From Clostridia bacterium DTU022 (GTDB lineage Bacteria > Bacillota > Dethiobacteria > DTU022): 39,175 nucleotides of DNA. The notes beneath the pieces were generated by a model that saw only the letters and a program-made list of their open reading frames with translations, made no database searches and was not told the origin of the DNA. How positions within the stretch are numbered: position 1 is the first letter of the stretch; each line of letters opens with the position of its first letter. Shown here piece after piece: positions 1 through 6,345 of this stretch. The translations under genes were made by a program, and so were the position numbers. Location of the stretch: contig LFRQ01000106.1 in assembly GCA_001512835.1 (NCBI GenBank), positions 42,921 through 82,095 of the forward strand, written 5' to 3'.

Positions 1-412
1 GCCCCGCCACGCAGGCAATCAGCCCGGCCGCCACCGCCGGAAGATACATGGGATCCAGCTCGTACCCCAGGGAGCCGGGAGTGACGGGCAGCAGGCGGTC
101 AATAGTCCAGACGACGGCAGCCACCAGCACCGCCGTGATCAGCCCCCGCACTTTCTCCTCCCGGGAGGAGGCCCGGGCGATAAGGTAGAAGCAGATAGCC
201 GCGGGGATAATCATGCCGCCGATATTGGCCGCCAGTCCGCCGCCCAGGGGAATAGCCGGCAGAAGACCTCCCAGGAGCATGGCCGCAATCAGCAGCAAGG
301 CCTCGAATTTGCCCATGCGCAGCCGGTCCAGGGTCCGGTGCAGCAGGAAGAGGAAGAGGAGCGCTGCGGCAATTACCACCAGCATGATACCCGGAGATCT
401 GGCATAGATCAT
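1..412 (-). CDS. DUF1614-like integral membrane protein (runs off window start)
   Basis: Not in the ORF track. Manual translation from ATG at 412 gives MIYARSPGIMLVVIAAALLFLFLLHRTLDRLRMGKFEALLLIAAMLLGGLLPAIPLGGGLAANIGGMIIPAAICFYL..., open to the window edge. It has several TM segments and an NIGGxIIP motif that I recall for DUF1614. Confidence 0.7.
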   Translation of the reverse strand, partial: MIYARSPGIMLVVIAAALLFLFLLHRTLDRLRMGKFEALLLIAAMLLGGLLPAIPLGGGLAANIGGMIIPAAICFYLIARASSREEKVRGLITAVLVAAVVWTIDRLLPVTPGSLGYELDPMYLPAVAAGLIACVAG

Positions 413-483
413 TGTTACCTGCCGCCTCTGTTTTGTACAGCCTGAAAGCGAATATATTTTTCCCTCCCCCACCGGTACTATGC

Positions 484-519
484 AAAAACAAGCCCCTTCC
501 CAGTATAGGAAGGGGCTTG
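484..519 (-). terminator. Rho-independent terminator after the zinc-ribbon gene
   Basis: Minus strand: 12-bp perfect stem CAAGCCCCTTCC-N7-GGAAGGGGCTTG followed by TTTTT. Confidence 0.85.
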
Positions 520-527
520 CGATGATC

Positions 528-737
528 TCAGCAACTGCTGCAGTTGGTGCTGGTTCAACCGCCGCAGCCTCCGGAGGCTCTCCCTCCCCCGGAGCTGCTG
601 CGGCCCGACCTGAAGGTGGAAAACACCTTTTTGGACTCGCCGCCGCATTGGGGACAGGCGTAAACCGAAACCCCATAGGAACAGAGCCGCTCAAACTTAT
701 GGCGGCAGCTGGAGCAGTAAAACTCGTACAGGGGCAA
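528..737 (-). CDS. FmdB-family zinc-ribbon protein, probable selenoprotein (TGA at 555-557 read as Sec)
   Basis: MPLYEFYCSSC...CPQCG is the typical FmdB CxxC-CxxC pattern. TTG start with a GGAGG RBS. The frame continues past TGA(555-557) as GCGG-U-TSTNCSSC to a second TGA at 528-530. Without readthrough the CDS ends at 555. Confidence 0.8.
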
Positions 738-776
738 GAGCTACACCTCCTTTTGCTCCCGCTGTCCTCTCAGCAG

Positions 777-2372
777 TTAAGCCAGCAGTTGGCTGCTTTT
801 CAGCTGAATAAACCTGGTGGAAAGGATCCCGTCCTTTTTCTCCAGTTCCCGGACCAGTTCCGGCGGGACGGGCTCATCCACCTGCAAGACCATGACCGCC
901 TCGCCGCCCACCGCTTTGCGACCCACCTGCATCCCGGCAATATTGATCCCCGCATTGCCCAGGAAGGTGCCGACTCGGCCGATGACTCCGGGGCGATCGA
1001 TGTAGGTGCAATAGAGCATGTACGGCGAAGGGATGACCTCGATCCGGTAATCCCCGATGTTGACAATGCGGATGTCGGTATTGTTGAATATGGTCCCCGA
1101 CAGGGTATAGCTCTTCCCGCCGGCCTTTGCGGTCATTACCACCAGGTTGGTAAAGTTCTCCACGTGGGCGCTGGTGGTCTCCCGCACCTTGATTCCCCGG
1201 CCGCGGGCAATATGGGGAGCATTGACAAAGTTAACCTGTTCCCCCAGGACGTGGTTCAGAATGCCGATCAAGCAGGAGGTAGTCAAGGGGGCCACCGGCA
1301 GCTCCGCCAAGGCACCGCCGTAGAAGAGCTCGATCTCCTCCAGCTGCCCGTCGAAAACCTGCATATAAAAGTTGCCCAGCAAGTACATCAGGGGGAGGAA
1401 GGGCTTCAGGGAGCCCATCACCTCGGGCAGGATCGCCGGCATGTTCACCGCCGTCAGGACCGGTTCCCCGCGCAGAGCATGCACTACCTGCTCCGCCACC
1501 TGGATAGCCACGTTGACCTGGGCTTCCCGGGTAGAAGCTCCCAGGTGCGGGGTAACCAGAACATTGGGCAGCTTTAGGAGGGGGCTGTCCAGGGGAGGCT
1601 CTTTTTCAAACACATCCAGGGCTGCGCCGGCCACCTTCTTATCCACCAGGGCTTTGTACAAAGCCTCTTCGTCAATAAGGCCGCCCCGTGCGCAATTGAC
1701 CAGGTACACCCCGGGCTTCATTAACTCAAAGGCCCGGGGGCCAATAATGTGGTAACTGGCCTCCGTCAGGGGCAGGTGCAGGGTAATGAAATCGGCCTTG
1801 CTGAGCAGTTCCTCCAGGCCAGTCAGGACAACTCCCTTCTTCTCTGCCTGTTCCCGGGGCACATAGGGGTCGTAGGCGATAATCTTCATCCCCATGGCTC
1901 GGGCCCGCTTGGCCACCTCGCTGCCGATGCGCCCCAGCCCGATAATGCCCAGGGTCTTATGGTACAGCTCCACCCCCATAAAGCGGCTTCGCTCCCACTT
2001 GCCGGATTTCAAATAAGCATTGGCTTCCGGTATGTTGCGGGCCAGGGAGGTAAGCATGGCAATGGCATGCTCCGCCGCGGAAATGGTATTCCCCTGGGGA
2101 GCGTTAATGACGATAATCCCCTGCCGGGTAGCCTGCTCCACGTCGATATTATCAACTCCAACCCCGGCCCTTCCGATTACCTTGAGCTTTTTTCCGGCCT
2201 TGATTATCGGAGCAGTAACCCTGGTCCCGCTGCGGACCACCAGGGCATCGTAGTCGCCGATAATCTCCACCAGCTGCTCCTGGCTTAAACCGATCTTTTG
2301 ATCCACCTGAGCATGCTTGGCCAGGACAGCCACGCCTTCTTCGGATAGAGGGTCGGTGATAATTACTTTCAA
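777..2372 (-). CDS. serA: D-3-phosphoglycerate dehydrogenase (long type with ASB and ACT domains)
   Basis: Motifs [28 protein letters not shown], and a C-terminal ACT domain ([10 protein letters not shown]...NIAGMQVGR). Start set to TTG at 2372, downstream of GGAGG. Confidence 0.95.
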   Translation of the reverse strand: MKVIITDPLSEEGVAVLAKHAQVDQKIGLSQEQLVEIIGDYDALVVRSGTRVTAPIIKAGKKLKVIGRAGVGVDNIDVEQATRQGIIVINAPQGNTISAAEHAIAMLTSLARNIPEANAYLKSGKWERSRFMGVELYHKTLGIIGLGRIGSEVAKRARAMGMKIIAYDPYVPREQAEKKGVVLTGLEELLSKADFITLHLPLTEASYHIIGPRAFELMKPGVYLVNCARGGLIDEEALYKALVDKKVAGAALDVFEKEPPLDSPLLKLPNVLVTPHLGASTREAQVNVAIQVAEQVVHALRGEPVLTAVNMPAILPEVMGSLKPFLPLMYLLGNFYMQVFDGQLEEIELFYGGALAELPVAPLTTSCLIGILNHVLGEQVNFVNAPHIARGRGIKVRETTSAHVENFTNLVVMTAKAGGKSYTLSGTIFNNTDIRIVNIGDYRIEVIPSPYMLYCTYIDRPGVIGRVGTFLGNAGINIAGMQVGRKAVGGEAVMVLQVDEPVPPELVRELEKKDGILSTRFIQLKSSQLLA

Positions 2373-2438
2373 GCTGGCACCTCCAGGAGTCAAGTTATTG
2401 CGACAAAACTAGAGAAACAGGTGTTGCTGCTAGAATCA

Positions 2439-2466
2439 ATCATAGCACAATCAGATAGAGATTCAA
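2439..2466 (-). promoter_or_regulatory. Putative SigA promoter for serA
   Basis: Minus strand TTGAAT-N16-TATGAT with an extended -10 TG. Confidence 0.5.
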
Positions 2467-2498
2467 GGGAGATCACCAACAAAAAGGCGAGCCCTAAC

Positions 2499-2526
2499 AA
2501 AAAACCGCAACCGAAAACGGTCACGG
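2499..2526 (-). terminator. Rho-independent terminator ending the small fold-back transcript
   Basis: Minus strand CCGTGACCG-TTTT-CGGTTGCGG followed by TTTTTT. Confidence 0.75.
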
Positions 2527-2784
2527 ATTGGGATCCCTGCAAATAAATGTTAAAAAGGTTCCCGGATTAGACTGCTCCCCTGGAGTTGGGGCTCGCCGCT
2601 GGATAAGCGCCGCCAAAGAAACCGACAATCCAAGCTTAAAGAGAAGAAAAGATCTAGGTACGGCCTTTAAGCCTCTTTCTTTTCTTGGCTCTCCGTCTCT
2701 TCTTGCGCCGACGCTTCAACTGTTTGCTGGTTAACTCTTTCTTACCCAGAACCTTCTCCTCCTTTATCCCAGGACAATATCCAT
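2523..2784 (-). ncRNA. Long rod-like fold-back RNA structure (unassigned); overlaps a small basic ORF
   Basis: About seven nested, collinear helices pair the 5' half with the 3' half (detailed in findings). Many G-U pairs work only on the minus strand. Confidence 0.55.
2654..2749 (-). CDS. Putative 31-aa Lys/Arg-rich small protein MGKKELTSKQLKRRRKKRRRAKKRKRLKGRT (CTG start)
   Basis: Strong AAGGAGG RBS 8 nt upstream of CTG at 2749, TAG at 2654-2656, with its own extended -10 upstream and a terminator downstream. The start codon is non-canonical. Confidence 0.5.
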   Translation of the reverse strand: MGKKELTSKQLKRRRKKRRRAKKRKRLKGRT

Positions 2785-2812
2785 AGCCGAATGAAGTACG
2801 GCAACCCTTGCT

Positions 2813-2821
2813 ATTATAACA
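2813..2821 (-). promoter_or_regulatory. Extended -10 element for the small fold-back transcript
   Basis: Minus strand TGtTATAAT; no convincing -35. Confidence 0.5.
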
Positions 2822-3261
2822 CTAGCCGGGTCATAAAAAAAGGGGACCGTTAAATTATCCTTCCGGGAAACCCGAAAACCACAAGTTCTTATGTTCGCCG
2901 CAAATCCAGTTATTCCTGCCGGAATTTCTAAAAAACCCCGGAGAAAGAAGCTTTATCTCCATGGCCCCCCCATGGGGCCGCCGCGGGAATAGCCAGGGAC
3001 AGGTCTGCCCGGGCTCCCAGGAGCTTGCTCCAGCCAGCATGAGTGCCGCTCCGGGAGCCGCCCCCGGTCGGGAGAAGAAAGATGCTGCGCCCTGGAATGC
3101 GGCCCCTTGGCCTGCCGCTCCGGTACATCTCTTATTATTGCCCCGCCATGGCGATTACTTGCCCCGAGGCGGCAAATTTCTCCCCGCCTAGAGCAAGGGG
3201 GGTGCTTTTAAAAAAAGTTGCAAAATGTAAAAAATTTGCTGCTGCCCGGTTAGATTTAAAA

Positions 3262-3280
3262 TGTTTTTAACTTAAAAACA
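3262..3280. promoter_or_regulatory. Perfect palindrome, candidate operator
   Basis: TGTTTTTAA-C-TTAAAAACA, directly upstream of the SigH-like -35. Confidence 0.45.
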
Positions 3281-3281
3281 A

Positions 3282-3311
3282 AAAGGAATAAGTAGCCCAA
3301 ACGTCGAATTA
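3282..3311 (+). promoter_or_regulatory. SigH-type promoter
   Basis: AAAGGAATA-N12-GTCGAATTA matches the Bacillota SigH consensus RNAGGAWWW-N11/12-RNNGAATWW. Confidence 0.65.
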
Positions 3312-3350
3312 ACAGTTAAATTTCCAGCAAACTGGAGGGACAGCCGCTTA

Positions 3351-4001
3351 ATGTCCGAACTCATGGAAAAAGCTAAAGAGATAGAGACGGTCATCTGCCA
3401 GGTTCAAGGGGTCTTGTCCTCCCGTGTAGTCTTTGAAGGAGAAGAAATTGTCGAAGTACACGTCCTGGCCGACCATACCCGCTCCCCCAAGCAGATTGTC
3501 AGGGATATCGAGTCCGCCGTAATGGTCAAAAGCGGGACCCACCTGGACCACAAGCGGATCAGCGTAGCCCAGCTGGGCCACGAAGGGAGACACCTGGTCA
3601 ATAACAGCCCCAGGCTGCTGCTGGATGAGATTGCCTATGCTTCCCAGGGGGGAGAGATTCGCGTAACCGTTACCGTAACTCTTGGCGAAGACCGTTATTC
3701 TTTTACCTGTAAAGGACCGTACAGCTCCAAAAACAGACTGCGCCTGGTGGCCAAGTCTACCATCGGGGCCGTGGAAGAGTACCTGGGGACCGATTCCCGC
3801 CTCGTGGTCGACGATATCAAAAAGGTTTCCTTAACCGGGCAGGAGGCGGTTATCGTCAGCATTACTTATTTTGTAGACTCCAGGGAGGAAACCCTGCTGG
3901 GCGTCGCCTTGATTAGGGACGGCGACGACCGCGAGGCGGCAGCCAAAGCCAGCCTGGATGCTATAAACCGGAGGTTGCTTGTGATCAACAACAGCGACTA
4001 A
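3351..4001 (+). CDS. Conserved hypothetical cytoplasmic protein; C-terminal end resembles the LeuA allosteric domain
   Basis: 216-aa ORF with GGAGG RBS. Motifs EVHVLA...PKQIVRDIES and C-terminal EAAAKASLDAINR. Confidence 0.85.
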   Translation: MSELMEKAKEIETVICQVQGVLSSRVVFEGEEIVEVHVLADHTRSPKQIVRDIESAVMVKSGTHLDHKRISVAQLGHEGRHLVNNSPRLLLDEIAYASQGGEIRVTVTVTLGEDRYSFTCKGPYSSKNRLRLVAKSTIGAVEEYLGTDSRLVVDDIKKVSLTGQEAVIVSITYFVDSREETLLGVALIRDGDDREAAAKASLDAINRRLLVINNSD

Positions 4002-4122
4002 AAATTGAAGCCGGTAACAGGACAAACTTCCAAGGCAATCAGTACGAGCGGAACCCGAGCGAAGCGGCTAACCAGCGGTCGATAGCGGAAAACCGTTGAG
4101 AAACCACAGAGGAGGTTCAACC

Positions 4123-4203
4123 GTGAGGGTTACTCTGGTAAAGGTTCTCACCGCGCTCGCCGCCTTGGTTTTAGCTGGGGGCGCAGTTTGGAAGTGGTAC
4201 TAA
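4123..4203 (+). CDS. Uncalled 26-aa signal-peptide-like peptide MRVTLVKVLTALAALVLAGGAVWKWY
   Basis: AGGAGG at 4110-4115, GTG 7 nt later, TAA at 4201-4203. Basic n-region, hydrophobic h-region, LAGGA motif and an aromatic WKWY tail. Same strand as the flanking genes. Confidence 0.8.
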   Translation: MRVTLVKVLTALAALVLAGGAVWKWY

Positions 4204-4263
4204 TCTTTTGACACCTGTTCCCGGCTTCAATAAAAAAGTTATCAATAGCAAAAGGAAAGCGTT

Positions 4264-5595
4264 ATGGATGAGAAGCTTCCTTTAAGCGCAAAAATATACA
4301 TAGCCATCATCACAGCAACAGCGGTCGCCTTTATCAGCCATTTAGCCATATCTTTCACCTGGAATAATATCAAGTGGCTGGATATGGCTGTTTTCCTGCT
4401 GCTAATTTTCTCTTTTGACGCTTTTCCCGTAAAAATGCCCAAGGGAGGCGTGGTGGCGGTCTCCTTCGCCCCCATGCTGGCTTCGGTCTTTCTTTTTCAC
4501 CCCATTATCGTGGTAATCATCGTCCTGCTCAGCGATTTCTTATCCTGGCTGAGGCAGAAGAACAAGCGCCCCGTCCAGTACCTGTTCAATGCCTCCCAGT
4601 TGGCCCTAACCCTGGGCTGCACCGCCCTGGTTTACAATTACTATTACCAAGGAAGCCTGCCGAAGCTCGATCTTCAATTTATTGGAGCCGCCGTTGCCGC
4701 CGTCTTCGTCTTTCTGGTTTTAAACAGCCTCTTAGTCACCCTGGTCATCTCCCTGGTCGACCAGGTACGCTTTTGGCCGCTTTGGCTCTCCAACTTGAAA
4801 TGGAGCATCCCCAACTATATCGGCACCGCTCCCCTGGGCATTCTCATCGCCTTTATCTATCTCAACCTGGGCTTGTGGGGGCTGATCCTTTTCCTCTTCC
4901 CGCTAATTCTGGCCCGCTATTCTTTCCAAGCTTACATAGATATTCGCCAAAGCTTCCTGGACGCCATCGAAACCCTCTCCCTGGCCATTGAAGCCAAGGA
5001 CCCCTATACCCGGGGCCACTCCACCCGGGTGGCCGATTACGTGGGCACCCTGGCCAAGGAGCTGAAATGGAGCGATGACCGGGTGGAGCGCCTCCAGTAC
5101 GTGGCCGTCGTTCACGACCTGGGCAAGGTAGCCGTTCCGGAAAGCATATTAAAGAAGCCGGACAGGCTAAACGAAGAGGAGTTCCAGGAGATGAAAACCC
5201 ATGCCGAGATCGGGGCCACCATCATGGCCAACACCAAGTATTTCGACGAGGGAGCGGATATCATCAGGCACCACCACGAACGGTGGGACGGAACGGGCTA
5301 CCCGGCCCGCTTGCGGGGGGAGGAGATCCCCATGGGAGCGCGGATCCTGGCGGTAGCCGATTCTTTTGATGCCATGACCAGCGACCGGCCCTACCGGAAG
5401 GCCTTGGGTTTTGACGTGGCCCTGCAGGAGATTTTGAAGGGAGCAGGCACCCAGTATGATCCCGCAGTGGTGGAGGCCTTCGTTAGAATATACCCGCAGC
5501 TGGTAGGACAAGCCGTGCCCGCACCGGCGGAGGCGGCCAAGAAAGAAGCCGCCCCGGCCAAAACAACAACAACTTTGCACAGCGCCAAGGCCTAG
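4264..5595 (+). CDS. HD-GYP cyclic-dinucleotide phosphodiesterase with a multi-TM N-terminal sensor (MASE9-like)
   Basis: About 7 TM helices in aa 1-220, then EAKDPYTRGHS, HDLGK, HHHERWDGTGYP and AVADSFDAMTSDRPYR. Confidence 0.92.
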   Translation: MDEKLPLSAKIYIAIITATAVAFISHLAISFTWNNIKWLDMAVFLLLIFSFDAFPVKMPKGGVVAVSFAPMLASVFLFHPIIVVIIVLLSDFLSWLRQKNKRPVQYLFNASQLALTLGCTALVYNYYYQGSLPKLDLQFIGAAVAAVFVFLVLNSLLVTLVISLVDQVRFWPLWLSNLKWSIPNYIGTAPLGILIAFIYLNLGLWGLILFLFPLILARYSFQAYIDIRQSFLDAIETLSLAIEAKDPYTRGHSTRVADYVGTLAKELKWSDDRVERLQYVAVVHDLGKVAVPESILKKPDRLNEEEFQEMKTHAEIGATIMANTKYFDEGADIIRHHHERWDGTGYPARLRGEEIPMGARILAVADSFDAMTSDRPYRKALGFDVALQEILKGAGTQYDPAVVEAFVRIYPQLVGQAVPAPAEAAKKEAAPAKTTTTLHSAKA

Positions 5596-5624
5596 CGGGC
5601 GGCCGTCTTCTGGGGAGGAAGAAA

Positions 5625-6167
5625 ATGTTTTTGGAAGCAGCGGTTCTGGGCCTGCTGGTTGGATGGGCCCGCAAAGGGAAGCTCTCCCGGCTGGGCAAGC
5701 TGCCTCTAAAAAGCCTGTTCCTGGTCTTGCTGGCCTTCCTGATCCAGCTCCTTCTCATGGTGGACTACCGCTACGGCGGCTACCTCTCCTCCTTCGCCCC
5801 CTACCTGCACATTATCTCCTACCTTCCCCTGCTGGCCTTTATTTTCCTGAACCGCAAGCTGCCCGGGATACTGGTCTTAGGCCTGGGCCTGGCCCTAAAC
5901 CTGGCGGTGATTGCCGCCAACGGGGGAACCATGCCGGTATCCCTGGAGAACCTGCCTCCCCGTTACCAGGAAAGACTGCTGTCCGGGAGCAGTTCCCCCT
6001 TTCACAGCGCCCTGACGGAAGAGACCAGGCTCAGTTTTTTGGGGGATATCTTCCAGCTGCCCTACGGAAGAGGGGATATGGTCAGCCTGGGCGACATCTT
6101 CCTGGCCGCGGGGCTGTTCTGGTTTATCCAGCAGGGGATGCAGGAAGCCCGCCAAAGGGAGACCTAG
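5625..6167 (+). CDS. DUF5317-like membrane protein
   Basis: Multi-TM protein with motifs GLALNLAVIAANGGTMPV, LSFLGDIF and SLGDIFL that I recall for DUF5317. Confidence 0.8.
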   Translation: MFLEAAVLGLLVGWARKGKLSRLGKLPLKSLFLVLLAFLIQLLLMVDYRYGGYLSSFAPYLHIISYLPLLAFIFLNRKLPGILVLGLGLALNLAVIAANGGTMPVSLENLPPRYQERLLSGSSSPFHSALTEETRLSFLGDIFQLPYGRGDMVSLGDIFLAAGLFWFIQQGMQEARQRET

Positions 6168-6180
6168 GGGAGCGGCAGGT

Positions 6181-6345
6181 TCATTTCAGCCAGAATCTCA
6201 GCAGCAGGAAGGCGATGATGCCCACGGCGGCCATGGTGGCCAGCAGCTGCGGCGCCAGGATCTGGTAGAGGGCGATGCAGAAAGCCAGGAGATCCTTCCA
6301 TTCCACTCGGCAGGAAGCTTTTTCCTTGTTCCCCGGGGCCTTCAT
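6181..6345 (-). CDS. Uncalled 54-aa small membrane protein, last gene of the opp operon
   Basis: MKAPGNKEKASCRVEWKDLLAFCIALYQILAPQLLATMAAVGIIAFLLLRFWLK. Its ATG overlaps the oppF stop (ATGA) and has GGAGG upstream. Confidence 0.75.
   Translation of the reverse strand: MKAPGNKEKASCRVEWKDLLAFCIALYQILAPQLLATMAAVGIIAFLLLRFWLK

Noticed and set aside
480-1577. 365-aa plus-strand ORF, and similar long antisense ORFs (7682-8755, 12194-13306, 15772-16812, 28986-30155, 33825-35162)
   Set aside because: These are antisense shadows of well-supported genes, as expected at high GC.
2400-2800. T-box or other riboswitch leader for serA
   Set aside because: I found no T-box UGGNACC motif or specifier stem, and serA appears to have its own promoter downstream of the terminator.
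2855-3270. Several short overlapping ORFs in the GC-rich intergenic region
   Set aside because: No RBS support, Pro/Gly/Arg-rich shadow composition, no recognisable motifs, and only small local hairpins.
4010-4110. c-di-GMP riboswitch upstream of the HD-GYP gene
   Set aside because: I did not find the class I or class II consensus elements by eye. The region is kept only as an unassigned repeat-bearing leader.
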